Positions 26,796 through 51,256 are shown, numbered from the whole stretch's first letter. The stretch: DNA of 63,305 nucleotides, filler included, from Choristocarpus tenellus KU-1152 (GCA_964200185.2; 7 parts of 7 records of this genome joined end to end with filler, not necessarily neighbours in it); one strand, 5' to 3'. Numbers and translations are program-made. The notes: generated by a model from the sequence alone, not told the origin.

Positions 26796-27838
26796 ACACT
26801 CATCATGCACAAGATCGCTGAGCAGGCACAAAACACAACCGCACCGGGGTATAAAAGCAATCAACACAGCAAAGTGACTCAATCGTCCTATCGTAGAGGA
26901 GGACATCATGAGAATTAGGAGTTCCTGTGACCGCCTTATTGTCCAATTGCTTCCAGTGTGTTGGACTGCACTTACAAGGGGCGAACGTTTGCATTCTCTC
27001 TCTCCCTCTCTTCTATAGTCTCTACCTCCTAAGGGAAGTTAGCTGTGTTTCAGGTGTGGAAAATGCGGTGTGTCACACAGAATATTCTCGAAGTCCTATA
27101 TACTCAAAGGAGCCAAATGGGATCCCCACTTGAAGATAGGATGACTCACTGGTCACTAAGATGACGTGCTCAGGCCGGTCAAGATGGTAGTACTTCACTA
27201 CCTCACTCTGCAAGAGGCGATTGATCCCTTTCCAACCACCTACAACACTGTTCACACCCAAGTATCTGCACTCTTCTTCATGAGTAGGGCGCGAAACAAA
27301 GCAAGTGCTTGCCAACCCTCTAACACCAACACAGATGGAAAAACGTTGCAACCACTACATCCCTCCCCCCTCTGAGCCCTGCTCTTGCAAGGCCACGCAA
27401 CCGTAGCAAACCCACGTAAACTATCGCACACTCTTCCCAACATCAACCAATCAAACCCAACTAACCGACCACAAACTTCTCAACTGCCAAGAAAGTGTAC
27501 ACTGAGGTAGAAAAAATGCAGCACACAAAAAATCGCCATCTCTTGTCTTGTTTCGCTTTTTCTTCTTCTTCGTTGAGAAACATGACCTTTCCCCCCTCTC
27601 CTAAAGGAAAAACCTCAAGTCAATTCATCTGAATACACAAACTATAAGATGACACCTATGGTGAGGAACCGACTATTTCTTCTTTGATTGCCGACAGAAG
27701 GTAACCAGGCCAGGAAATCTACAGTCAATCATTACATGGCCATAACAAATTATTCGATGAAAATCCCCACATGCACAATTCTGCAAGGGAGGTAGCTCTA
27801 CAACACAAGTCAGAACCTCCAATAACATCAATCACCAA

Positions 27839-28421
27839 TCAGTCATACACAGCCTCATAGCCTCCTCCTCCTCCCCCGTTCACCTCCCCACCTTCCCCCC
27901 CTGCCCCTCCTTCCTGGTCACCCTCACCCCCAACATTATCCTCCACTGCGGCCAGCCCCTGCACAAGCCAGTGCCTGGCACGACGGTTGCCAACCCTTCC
28001 ACCTTGTCCTCCCGCCTGCCCCCCCCCAGCCACTCCATCACCTTGCATAGCACCCCCACCTCCACCCCCATCCATCTCCTCCTCACCCACTACCGCCACA
28101 CCTTGCCTTGGATGTTGCCCCTCCATCCACCCACCCCCGCCCCTCAACAGTCTTTCGTCCAGTCCCGCTAGGCCCATCCCAAGCCCCATCCCTAACCCTA
28201 TCGCCAGCATGTGATTGTCCCCCCCCTCCCTCCTCCCTTCTCCTTCCCCTACCTCGTCCATACCCATCACCACCTCTCCCCTCCCGCCACCAACACCTGC
28301 TTCCAACATCTCCCCATTATCTTCCAAACCCAGGTTGTTTCCACCATCAACAACAGCCCTGTCACCCACTTCAACTCCCTCCCCTCCTTCTGGGGGCACA
28401 ACCAACCCCCCTTCGCCAGCA

Positions 28422-28452
<31 letters not shown>

Positions 28453-31400
28453 GTGGTTCAGCACCTGGGACTGCAACACCTGGGAATATTCTCACTTGAC
28501 CAGGTCCTGGAACAGCATCCACACCAACATCTATGCCCCCCTCAGCATTGACATCATTGTCAATTGGAGCTATATCAACGTTCCCTGCTGGGTCTTGTGC
28601 TACAGGAGGGGGCCGGCGTATCATACGGGGAACTGGGGGCCTGGGTGCAAAGACACCTCCTGAAGGGTGGATAGAGCACATGCACAGGAGGGGAGGAGAT
28701 CAATTACTTACCTGACATAATGCATTGCATTCATACATCTGAGGCATCATCGGTCATAATCGTTCAACACACAATAAAAAAATAAAAAGAGGCAAGATTT
28801 TTTAAGCTCTCAGCACATACATACCTTGACGACACATGCCTTTGCCAATCGACCCCACTCTAACAAAAACAAACAAATATTTCATTTTCCCACTGATAAA
28901 TATCTAGGGCCCGGTCCTCCCTCCCACACCACAAGGATCCCCTGCATAAATGTACAGGTCCATGGAATAGTCCCAGTACTTTCTTTGTTTTGCTGTTCTT
29001 ACTTCTGTGCCCCAGACACCCTCTGTACCAGACACCTACAGACAGATACTCTGCATCCTCCTGGTCATATTCATCATCCAAACAACGCCCCTCTCCCTCC
29101 TGCTTTCCCAAACATATATTACCTGCACGATTACAGAGCCAAAACAAACGCAACCTTCATTCAATCAACGCATCTAACCAAAACTTCAACCCCATCAACT
29201 CAATCAATTACTCCACAATACAGTTATACATAGGTTCATGTTCCTTAGTCTATGTAGACCTCTCAACATCCAAATCTGATACCAAACCCCAACACCTATC
29301 CTTCACCTTCCACCTCCACCCCCTCCATCAACTAGTTTCTTGTTGGTGTCTGATGTGGTGAAACCCTTTACAAATGATGTGTCCATTTCCACATGGCCCA
29401 ACCACCTCAAGTTATGTTTCACCCTGAACTGACAACCAGACAGCCCTCTATCATTTCACTCCTGTTCATCTTCAACACAACTCCCCTCTCCTGCCTAGCA
29501 CTCTTCTCTCAAAGACTCAATCTCTGTCAGAATATCTAACTGTACTATAGTTAATCTACAGTTGGAAAATGCTCCTCACCTCCTCCAAAGAACAGGCTCA
29601 GGAACCGGTTTCCCACCAAGCAGTATGTGAAAGCATGGTACCACACTGTCTCCACCACTTGCCACACCTATCACCTCAGAAGCACAACAAAAAATTCATG
29701 TACACTATAGTGGTCAGACCCACAGTTGTCAGGGTATAGTGATGAGGTGCCCAGGAAGGTGTATGCGTGTGTGCATGTGAAAATTCAATGAGGCGTTTAC
29801 GAGAAATAAAATAAAATATATATATATATGTATTCAAGAGGTAGCGACAAGCGTTCTATGTGTTCAATTCACATAAGAAGTGCTTAGGAGTAGGAGGTAG
29901 GGGGGGGAAGGGGGGGGGGGTATACGCAGGAAATCAGTGCCATGGGACGCAGTACTCGTCTTGCCAATTGCAAAAAGCTGGGAGTAATGTATGAGAAAAG
30001 ACTCACCTGCTGAGGAAGGAGAGGTGACAGAGCATGCACAAGAACTGTTGACACTGTCACCCTGCACACACAGAAAAATAAACAGAAGAAACACCAGTGT
30101 GTTCCACACACCAAAAGTCAGAGAAGAAGCTATGAAAAAACGGTCAAATTTGAAATAGGCGTAAAACATGCAGAAAGACTGGGGTGCTGCCCAGGATGCA
30201 TCTCACGTTTCGGAGGCGGTATGGACTACAGCTCTCTACAAGAAGACTATATAATGTATACCACTGCATATCTTGAAAAATAATTAAAAATGCATAATTC
30301 TTGTATGAGTGTATGTATGTATGTGTGTATGTATCATGCACACGGCATGCCCCGTCAACATTTCCTTGTAGTACTCATTGCTTCCTTGAACACACATACC
30401 ACTAATCTTATATAGTACATAGTATGCACACAACGTACATAACTCATACTGTACTAAAAATAAAATAATATTATAGGTATGTAGTAAAATACTGTATGTC
30501 ATCACATTTTATCCCCATTCACATTTTGCAGATGTCATCTCAAGGGGGAAATCTTACGCCATGTCATGTTATCTCATGTCATGTCATGTTATCTCATGTC
30601 ATGTCATGTTATCTTATGTCATGCTATGTTATCTTATGTTACATATATACTCACACTCTGAAGATGATGACGCGCACTGTAGCATCAAACACCGCATACA
30701 GTAGTCGGTAACGCCACCCAAGGAAGTACCCAAATACGACATATTCCAGGGGAAACGCCACCTTTCAATAGACAAACAATGTTTGGGGGGGGGGAAGGAG
30801 AGGTATAGGCAGAACATGAGCTCACGACAACAGCGGTGATACTACAAAGTAACAATGATACTACAAAGTAACAGTGATACTACAAAGTAACAGTGATACT
30901 ACAAAATAACAGTGATCCTACAAAGTAACAGTGAAGGACGAACACAACAATTTTTGTGTTGATCTTTAAACGTAGAGCATTTACCAAGTGCCTTTGAAAG
31001 GTATACCTGTACTTTGGCACACCATAATTCAGTAAAAAAGGACTCTTCAATATTTTCACAAATTCCTCCTCTTTCCCCTCCCCATGCTATAAACTTACGA
31101 ACACAATATTTTTGCTCCCATCGTAAAAAAAACCCCAACAGAATCAACGCCAATTGACTGACTGACCTTGATGATCATCATCTCCCACACAAAGTGCAGC
31201 ACCATCGTCTCTGAGAGCAAGACCACCGCCCGTAGCGCCCTGTGACTACGGAACAGCCTCAGAGCCCCGGCCCAAAAAGTCACTGTGCTCAAAAACAGGG
31301 TAAAGAGGCTGTAGATCAACACATCCAGGGAGAAGTCCATGGACAAGAGATCCTGAGCATCATCCTCTTCTCCTGCAGCATTTAAATCAAATAGATTTTT

Positions 31401-33788
31401 TTTATATAAAGCGAGCAACAGCAGCAGGGGTTTCACGTTCTGTTCTTGTCACAGGCGTTGTGTTGCTCTCCACATTCCTCATCTCTTCCCCCCCATGGAG
31501 CGAAGCCAACAATGAGGGGGTGTAGGGGAATATATATTGAAGGAAGGCGTGCGGATCAGATTGGCTTGGCGAAATACATGGGACCATTCTATTCAGGGTG
31601 CTGCTTCTTGATACATCTCCCACATCAGGGAGACTACAAAGAAGTGTCTCGTGTGACAAAAGTGAAAGTAATTATATCACACACTTTGACCTTCCTCTAT
31701 AACTTACACATTTCTATCCCTAACACTACTGGGGTTAAAAGGTATACCCTAATGCTTGCACTGCTGGGGCTAACGTATACTCTAACCCTAACACTACTGG
31801 GGTTAAGAGGTCTACTCAAATACTTAAACTAGTGGGGCTAAGATATACTCTAATCCTAACACTACTGGGATTAAAAGGTATACCCTAATGCTTGCACTGC
31901 CAGGGCTAACGTATACTCTAACCCTAACTCTACTGGGGTTAAGAGGTATACTCAAATACTTAAACTAGCGGGGCTAAGATATACTCTATCTAACCCTAAC
32001 TCTACTGGGGTTAAGAGGCATACTCGAATACTTAAACTAGTGGGGCTAAGGAATACCCTAAGACTTACACTACTGTGGCAAAGATAAACGCAAACCCTAA
32101 CACTACTGTGACAAGGTATACCCTAATACCTACACTACTGGGGTTAAGGCATGCCCTAACCCTAACCCGGTGTACAGCAGCTAATGGAAAATAAATCCCA
32201 ACCTGAACCCTGATGATTAAAAAAAAAATACCCTTACCTCATTCAGCACCCATTCCAACAGCTTGTGGCAGACACTTAATTACATATATATATATATATT
32301 AAAAAAAGTAATGCACATGGTATGTCACCTTTCCACTATACTTTGGGGGGTCTTGCAAAAAAAAAAAAGGCCATTATCATGGGGTAACATTAAAATCTCC
32401 GTTCTGATACACCTAAATACCTCATTAGCAGGCTGCGATCGCACAGGATGGCGCATCACACTTTCAATACCCTTTGGGGTGAGTGGGTCTTACAAAAAAA
32501 CCCCTTTATTTTCAGATTTTGACCCAAAAAAGAAGTCCCTGCCAAAAAATATATACCTCGAGACCATCTACCTTGTGCGTTTAAGAAAAATAAAAAATAA
32601 AAAATAAAAATGCCACGGAAAAACTGTTTTAGCCGATGCCGATCAGGGGAATATAGTGCATCAAGAGTCATTCATTTCAAACATAAGTAACAAAACCTAT
32701 TCACAAAAAAGATAATATAGCTTCTTCAAGAAGGAAACATGTGGGATGCCTAGCGCAGTGTACGCACACACACACAACCTTTGCACTAGTGCATGGATAA
32801 TGCTTCAGGCAACTGCACTGTCACCAACCTTGAGAACCATCATTGTCAGCAGGTAAGAACCCCGTGTTCTTGAGGTCGACGCGAAGCAGTGGGAGGCCAG
32901 CAAGGAGTGGACATACCTACACATGCCCCCCCCCCCCCCCACAAAAAAAAAAAAAATTAATATTAAAATTTTGAAAACAAAAAAAAACANNNNNNNNNNC
33001 CCCCCCCCAGGAAAAAAAAACATGTTTCTGTTAAATTGTTGGTCCACAGTGCACAGCACAGCGACAAAAAAAATGCACTATTATTATTATTATTATTATT
33101 ATTATCAACAATCTAACTACACCAAACGCGGAAGTATTGAATCTGTTGAAAGTCAAACACAATTTTAAAAAATAAAAAATAAAAATCAATGCCACTGTAC
33201 AGAATCACCAACACACCTCAGTAGATACCCACGAACTAACAGCTAGACTCTTTGTCCAAGTTTGTGATGTTCATATATAGCCATTTTTCAAAGCACAAAA
33301 CTGCTCTCTAAAAAAATTCTCAACACAAAAAGTCAGGATCAAGGATATTTCAGAGTTAACAAAAAAAAGAAGTTAATCCAACCCTAACCCCAACCCTTCA
33401 AATCTCTACACAAAAAAGCCCTCCTTTACATTTACCTGTGTAGAAAACGCCGCAGATGCCTCTGCCGCCCAAAGTGGAAACCCCACCCACAAGAAAACGC
33501 CTATCAAAGGGCTGTAGAACTCTGTAAAGATACGCTGCTCCTCATTACCACCCCCTTCCCCACGACCCTGTTCCTGCCCCTGTCCCAGAGCCCATTCCGA
33601 GAGCTCCATAGCCATGTGAGCAGGCTCTGTAGCAGTATTCACGTCACCATTGCCCTTTTCTCCTCTGCCATCTCTGTGGGTGTCCTGGATCCATTGTATG
33701 GGGTCCTTGGGCTGACTGCTTCTGGTGCTGTCTTCCTGTGGAGTGTTGATCTCTGCCCCCGGGGTGGGTCGTTGCAGCAAACCATCAT
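27839..33788 (-). CDS. Multi-pass membrane protein of unknown family, 3' part; exons 33788-33436, 32916-32829, 31372-31167, 30761-30655, 30061-30007, 29667-29580, 28659-27839
   Basis: Seven GT-AG exons join in frame (intron phases 0,1,0,2,0,1). They give several hydrophobic segments (PLIGVFLWVGFPLW, VLIYSLFTLFLSTVTFW, VAFPLEYVVFGYFLGW) and a Gly/Glu-rich C-terminal tail. Confidence 0.72.
30836..30934. repeat. 19-bp minisatellite x5 (intronic)
   Basis: GTGATACTACAAAGTAACA repeated in tandem. Confidence 0.9.
31719..32166. repeat. Minisatellite of ~33-35-bp monomers with a ~136-bp higher-order period, containing CCCTAA motifs
   Basis: Monomer variants ...ACTACTGGGGTTAA.../...ACTAGTGGGGCTAA... 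recur; the block at 31721 repeats at 31857. Confidence 0.8.
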
Positions 33789-34057
33789 CTTAATAATTGT
33801 TGATATTACAATAAAAACATTAATATTACAATAAAAACATTAATAGTGCAGGCATTGTCATAGTTCGTTCCAACAATATGAGTGACATCAACACAAGAGA
33901 GTAAACAAAAAATGTAGGGAAGCCCATTGGTCAAAGAAACACCGAAGATCATTCTACAGGTGGAAAACAATCACACTAGCTTAAAAAAAAAGAAAAAATC
34001 CAAGCTAGACGAAGAACAGCTTGCAAACGCAAATAAGCAGTGTAATGCAGTCATATA

Positions 34058-34272
34058 AAAAGGTTCAAAAGGCATTCTTAAGGTATAGTGACATAAAAAA
34101 GCACAGAAAATAGCATTCATAAGGTATAATTACATTTTAAAAAAAGATACAAAAAGTAGCACCCTTAAAAGGTACAGTCACATAAAAAGGTATAGAAATT
34201 AGCATTCTTAAGGTACACATAAAAAGGTACAAAAATTAGCATTCCTAAGGTACAGTCACAAAAAAAGTACAA
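34058..34272. repeat. Degenerate ~40-45-bp tandem repeat
   Basis: AGCATTCTTAAGGTACAGTCACATAAAAAGG-like unit, about five copies. Confidence 0.65.
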
Positions 34273-35491
34273 CCTCAAACATCCTCCACAACAACTGCAG
34301 TGTACATCCATACCATCTTCTCAATCCCCTGGCGATGTAACAGGCTGAGACCACAACAATAGAACGTACAACAACCCCTCCATTGACATGGAAGGCATGT
34401 ATGTGCACAGAGGAAAGCATTGATCCTTAAATTGATCCTAAAATTCAAAAAAGGTACGCTTAAAGTTGGGAAGGAAAATCTACGAACGGTTAAATCGGCG
34501 GAGCGATACAACGACTGTGAAAAAATAAAAATAACAGTATAATGGAATAAGGTTATACCGTCATCGGTATGATCGTACATCGCAGTTACAAGTTATATAC
34601 CGTAATGTTGACGCACGAACCCCTCCAAACCAGCAGTTGGTACCAATCTCCGAACTGACTTGAAAGTGAACATGTCACTCTCAACTCTGTCATATTATCT
34701 CACCTGCAACATTCATGTTCTTGCCACTTCATACATACTACTACTGCTGCTGTAGTACTGATAATCAAGAACAGTATGGCTCAAAGTATCTGGGGGGAGG
34801 NNNNNNNNNNNNNNNNNNNNNNNNNNNNNNNNNNNNNNNNNNNNTTAATTAATTAANNNNNNNNNNNNNNNNNNNNNNNNNNNNNNNNNNNNNNNNNNNN
34901 GAATAGGGGGGGGGGAGGGGAGGGGAGGGGAGGGGATTGTGTCATAATCAATGGTACAATAGATATCTATGCATTAAGAAGTGTGTTGAAGTGGGCAATG
35001 CTTTACCCTGACAGGTGTAGTATGCTTTGGTCGGCGACTCTTCAGTCATTCAGTCACCTTCATCGAAACTTGAAATACAAAAAAGATAGAACGAGTATTA
35101 ACCGCGGTATTATTATTATTATTATTTTTTTAATAATACAACTCACAACAACCAACGCACACACATGGTACAAATAACAAAAAAAATTCAATACTCAAGT
35201 CAAGTCAAGTCATTCTCAAAAATAAGAAAAAAGAAACCACAAAACGGAGCTGTAGACACACACATAAACATAAATACATAAACACACATAATACACACAA
35301 ACTCACATACATAATACATACATACACAAATGGTGCACCCATTTCCAAGAACATGTATCAACATAGATTGTGTAGAGCATACTCAAATTCCAACAAACCT
35401 AAGGTCCAACACAACCACACAGTACAAACCAAATCAAACGAAAGCGCTCAACCCCCCCACATCAACCTAACCACATCATCCTCAAACTCAC

Positions 35492-38400
35492 AGGGGGCGT
35501 GTTCTGTCCTGTCCCCTCAGTCCCCGCATTGTTCCACCAGTGGCCCATGCGGAAGGGGGCAACAGTCTGGGTAGCCAATTCGCCTCCAATACCTAAGGGC
35601 TTAGGAAGGGCCTCAAGTATTGGATACAGTAGGGCTGGATAAGGAGTCACCACAAGCTGATTGTCCACCTGAAAGGTTAGAGTTAAGGTTAAGGTTAAGG
35701 TTAAGGTTAAGGATTGGGTTATAGAGAGGACCAATACGACAAGCTAACAAGGCAAGAAGTTAAAAAAATGCATGTACACACACAAACACTTGGACTATAC
35801 TATCCGTTCAATAAATAGAGCCAGTTCAACACGATTCGATGCGCGTGCCGCAAGCGCTGAACAAAAAAAGGTACAATGTTAAAAAAAATTAACTCCACTT
35901 AACTCTTTTGATAAAAACAAAACAAAACAAAACAATCAAACAAACAAACAAAAAAACTTTGATCATGAACTGTATGTATCATGATGTAACATCGTACAAG
36001 GGAGGGGGAGGGGGTGCCGTAGATGCAGTGTGGCATGTACTTCAAAGCGGCTGCAATGGTGGTGGAGATCCCTATCTGTAGCCCCTCTTAACCTTCCAGT
36101 CGTCAAAGATAGAGTGCACGCAACTAACTCATCGTGAGGTAAAACAAACAAAAAAAGGAGATTCCCACCAACACAACAGTTTTTTTTTGCTTCTTATCCT
36201 GAATTTATCCATCCAACTCGAGGGCTGGTGAAGTTCGTGGTTCATGTTGCAGTACAACCATTGTCTGTCAAGGGTTAATCAGAAGAAAACAAAACAACTG
36301 AGTTGCTACGTAGCGCTACAGAGCACCGACACACACACACACACACAAACATTGCTCCACAGGACTGCACTTTGCAGCCATTAAAATAAATACAGGACTG
36401 TATTTTTAAAATGCAATAAATCAACCTGAAGTCAGCACTGGTACATACACCACCAGTGGTGCGGTTTGAACGTATCTCCCCCCCCCCTCCCTCTGTGTGT
36501 GTGTCAACCTGAGGTTATGGCAAGTTAAAACTGAGTCACCAATCAGAAACAAGCCCCTATCATACCACTCCGATATTCATAAAAAAAATATTAGAACACA
36601 GTTTTTGAGGCTTTACCTGTAGCTTTCTGATGACAGACCGTAAACTCTCTCCCTGGAACAGCAATAACAGCAATAACAGCCACCATTGTAGGTTGGGGAA
36701 TGGGGGTGAGACCAGAGAATTTTAAAGGGCATCACACGGGCAGACTCTTCTATTTACCAAATCACTTCTCCTCCATAGGGGTGAGGTGGGGGGTGGAGGT
36801 TAACATCAAAAACAACCACTACACACAAAAACTCCTTTTCCAGGTCTGTCTGAATTCTAGCCAGGGCATAGTGTGGTGTGATAGTTGGAGCATGAAGGAG
36901 CCAAGGTAACCCCCCTCCCCCAATGAATGTGGGACTTGATCAAGTAGTCATGCCAGGGGCTCGTTCTTTCTGCAGTGCTGTAGCAATTCTATAGCAATTC
37001 TGTGTTTCTCAAGGTGTCCTATAAAGGATGAGTTCAAAGTATGCAAATTATAACAAATGAGTCTATTTCAAGACACCATTTCCAAAACAAACACACACAC
37101 ACACACACACACACAGCAGTACGTAGTACATTGGGTTTAAGGACATATAATCCAAATAAATACCTCATTGTCCAACAATAAATAAGTTTTATTTATTTTA
37201 TATTTTCTCCTCATTGCAAAAAAAGAATAAATAAGTTACGAACAAACCAATGAAGGGTAACTAAACAACCGATGGATGACCAATCACAATACAATCACAA
37301 AAGAGATAACCAAGGACAGGGACAGCATATTCAACAACTAGTCGAGGTACATGCCCGTGCGCCTCGAGCATACTGGACGGCAATCCCTCCCACACTGATG
37401 TAGAGTAGCTCTTGGGGCAAGGCATCCAGCACGGACACACCCACACCCACAAACTGCACACTAGCCTCCAGCGACAGCCCCTACCAACACCAATTGTAAC
37501 CAGTACAATGACAAGTCAAGGGGGGAAAATACGGCCAGGAAACCAGAGGGGGGGGGCACATGGTTGAGAAGTGCAATAGCAAGTGCTTGTTAAGTGCTAG
37601 AGTGGGCATGAGTTGGGGCCTGTGGTGATTTTGGTGAAAGCAGGGATTGTGAGGTAGAGTACACTGCGAAGAATGACCAGAGGAATAACACAGGGATAAC
37701 ACGGGGATAACACGGGGATAACACAGGGATAGCACGGGAATAACATGGGGATAACACAGGTATAACACAGGGATAACTGTGTTGGTATGAATTGGGGTTA
37801 TAACTTTGCGCTTCGGTAGATGATAAGGTTAGGGTTAGGGGAGGGAAAGTTTCTTGTTGGACAATTAATTGTCGACAGACCCAATTACTCTGTGACCTCA
37901 ATATATCGTTCCAGGGCAGTCTTCTCGCCACCGATCTTACTGTTGCTAATGCCAAGAGCCTGATTACAACGGTAAGCCAAAGGAAAAGTAAAGTCACTCT
38001 TTCAATACCAAACATCATAATATATAAAAAAAATATTTTATGAAAAAAAAGAAAGTGCACTGGAACTACAAAAACTACCTCAACGCTACTGTGTATGATA
38101 ATATCAACACCTGCAGCTCTTTTTTTTTTTTTTTTTTTGGGGGGGGGGGATTAGGACCAAGTTTGTAAACACAGACACAGACACAAACACAAACACAAAG
38201 CTGGGACACTATTTGCAAGTCAAGAAAGACCAAGCAGGGGACGAACGCCAGGGATACAAGGTCTATGCAAGTCAAGCTCTAGCGACACGGCCTAATACAG
38301 ATGCTTTTGAATAGGAATAGGAACACTAACACTAATAGTACACAGAAAAGTAAAAAGTAAAAACAGTAGATAGCACCGGAAACGTTCTCGCACTAAACAA

Positions 38401-38625
38401 TAATCGTTTCTTTTTTTTTTAAGATCCTTACCTTAAGCAAAAGCAAAAAAAAAAATCCCTCCCCCCCCCCTCCCCCCAACCAGCTACAAAGCGGCGGGCG
38501 TAAGACAAGACACGAGAAACTCACTTTAAGAACAGATCTCGCAGGAACTGTATCGGTGGTGTGACCAGGAGCAAGGCGAGAATCAGTGAACTGAAGTGCT
38601 CGAGTTGGCCCATCAGCAACCATGT
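35492..38625 (-). CDS. VPS13: VPS13-family lipid transfer protein, internal fragment; exons 38625-38525, 37480-37355, 36652-36617, 35668-35492
   Basis: Spliced product ...VADGPTRALQFTD...GVGVSVLDALPQELLYISVGGIAVQY...LRSVIRKLQVDNQLVVTPYPALLYP carries the DGPTR, GVS..D..P.ELLY and QxDNQL...YP.LL motifs of the VPS13 C-terminal half. Confidence 0.88.
37686..37777. repeat. 11-bp minisatellite x~8
   Basis: TAACAC(A/G)GGGA tandem array in a VPS13 intron. Confidence 0.85.
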
Positions 38626-41376
38626 CTTCCGCACAGTAGACAGAGACATGTGAGGTGACCAGAGGTAACGTGATGTACGTAATGTGAGTGGCACATTCAC
38701 AGGTTTGAATCGCAACATGTGCATTGGGGGTGGGGGGTGGGAGCGTGTTAAAAAACAACAGATTTCTTAGGTACCATTTTTTTTTTTTTTGTGAAGGTTC
38801 CACGGTCCACTTCAACGAATGACCAACCTTGCAAATTCAAGCAACAGACTNNNNNNNNNNNNNNNNNNNNNNNNNNNNNNNNNNNNNNNNNNNNTTAATT
38901 AATTAANNNNNNNNNNNNNNNNNNNNNNNNNNNNNNNNNNNNNNNNNNNNCACATCAATTCTGTACCGCTTTTTTCGGGCGCGCCCATGGGTAAACAAAA
39001 TCGGGGTACCTACTGTAAGCACAATCATGTTGTCACTATTAAATATTGTGCAATTATCCATCTTTACTTAATACAACAAATAATATCAATCAGACTGATA
39101 TTTCAGTACGAAATACAATATTTACTAAATTGATTGAAAATAAAGTATAATATTATGCCATGTAACATTTTCCAGATGTGTCGGGAAAAACCAATGAAAA
39201 CCATTGACCCCTAAAATGTAACACTTGTCGTAAAGTCAAGAACTTCAAAATATTTTTATTTTTGTAATAATTGTTACTTTGATTTTAAGTATTATATAGC
39301 AACCCCTCAATAATTGATGACATTTATGAATTTACTATTTCATAATTATTAGAACATTCTATTTTGTGTTGTTTTTGCATAGACTTATCTTCGACACTAA
39401 ATTTCTCTTCACTTCGATACTGCATCAAAAATAGGTATGGTCGCATCATAACTGAAGATAGTAGTAGTACTTCATAGAGTTCTATAGTTCTATTAATATA
39501 CTATTATGTAGCAACTAACAAGCGTTACGTTTGAGTGGAGAACATGCTTCGAGTTGTTAAGATTGTGAAGAGAATAATAATCCCATCACTCGTCGTTCCA
39601 ATTCCTACGAATCTTGTTGCTGACTCACCTTGCCACTGCTCAGCACTGAATTCTCCTTGGATCAAGCTTGCGACCTCCTTCTTGGTCTATCGTTTTTGTG
39701 GTGATATAGCCACCGATAGGATAGCAGTATTACAGACACACAATATATTGTGCTTGCCACGACATGGATTTGGATCATCGAAGAAACCAGATTTCTCTCA
39801 AAAGAAGACTGATATTGAGGGGTTCAAACCCATCCACCCATGAAATTCAGACAGAAGGGAACAGGAGACGTAATACTGTAGCCATTGCATTTAATGCATG
39901 TGTGTGAAACTAAGAGATCAGTGCAAACTTATTCTCCAAACCTATCACATCCTGCAACAGTGCTCAGTGACCTGCTTTGAAACACAGGTTACTGCTGCTG
40001 TTGTTTTCTTCTTGGCAGTGCATCCTGTCGGACAATATATATACCGAGTACTGGAGTATATGGTATGTACCTTAGTTGCAGGGATGTGTGTGGTGTGCTG
40101 GCGATGCTTCACTCCATACTTTAGGTCCCAATAATTTTTAGCCCTGCCCCATACCAACTTCCATTAACTCATTTGGCTCTTGCATGCATGAAGGCATTTA
40201 TTAATGATATAATTATTATAACCACAGCTTCTTTGAAGTGAGACATTGCAATGATTACATTGCTACATATGGAGCTATTGTTCTGAAATTACTACTGCGT
40301 GTACGTACGTATGCAAAAGATGTAGTGCACACCCTTCTTATTATTTTGAATGCATCAGTTCACATTGATGGGCCTCATCATGCTGCTCCAACCTACTTAC
40401 AGCGATGTTTCTGATTGCCTAAGCGAGTAAGGAGGGGGTTGCTAGGTGAACACGTTGCCATGAGGGATCAAGAGACAATGAAACATATCGTTCTTATATA
40501 CTAGAAGCACTCTACTTTGTACCTCTATATCATCGCAACCAACACAGCAACATCGTAAGTACAACAAGAACAACATCGCAGACAGTATGCAGCTGCGATA
40601 TGGCACACAATACCTAGCCTTTCACATCAAGTTCATGAATTTGTAAGAGCTCTACACCTAGGTCCTACGATTTTCTTTATATAAACAAAGTTGATGACCT
40701 TTGCAAAGAATTCTGTGAAGGAGGACAGAATCAATCTACAAGGGGGCAGGGGACCAACAAGCGTTCCCATTCACCACGATGCAGTTGCAGGGAGTGAGAG
40801 CAAGTGGCTTCTAATGTGTGTAACCTTTGAACTCAGCTAGTGCATACAATTCATCTGCAGGAAAAATAGTTGAAAATGAAAATAGAAGAGGACATCACAT
40901 GGAACAGGAACCGAAAAACTCTTGAAGGAATAAGCGACACAATGGAGAGCACCCACGCTTGCTTCAACCAACAAGAAGATATCCCCATGGGCCACGGCAA
41001 ATCTACGCAACAGACACGATCCCGAGACATCCCCCTCCCCCTCCCCCTTTCACATACTACGAGTACATTCATTTGTCAATCCAAATCAGGCTTTGAACCT
41101 TGGGCACTCATTGTACACTAGACAGTGCGTGAGAATGATGCACCCCTTCCTCAGCAATACATTGTACCCAACAATAAAAAAAAGAAAATGAAAAGATACA
41201 TCTGTAATGATCATTAAGCCTTCCACTTGATAAAGATTCTGACCCACCTATTAATAGGACATTGTCCTAACATTATCTGGACATGGCCCAAATATGGCAC
41301 AGGATTCAGCTATATGATAAAGGGTGCTGTATGAGTAGACACACCCATTTTTCACACAAACAAAAATTATTTAATA

Positions 41377-51256
<9,880 letters not shown>

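Noticed and set aside
27971-28715. Plus-strand Pro/Gln/Ser-rich ORFs
   Set aside because: They are antisense shadows of the low-complexity last exon on the minus strand.
30836-32166. CRISPR-like arrays
   Set aside because: The repeats are tandem without unique spacers, there are no cas genes and the context is eukaryotic introns.
33436-33560. Membralin (TMEM259)-like call from FTEFY...LWAAE
   Set aside because: The downstream spliced sequence does not follow the membralin motifs; the similarity is too weak.
4485-38950. Gene neighbourhoods across linkers (e.g. VPS13 exons as the 5' part of the membrane gene; BBS9 continuing across gaps)
   Set aside because: The missing BBS9 ends were not found on adjacent contigs and MITE flanks across gaps do not share TSDs, so contig order is unreliable.
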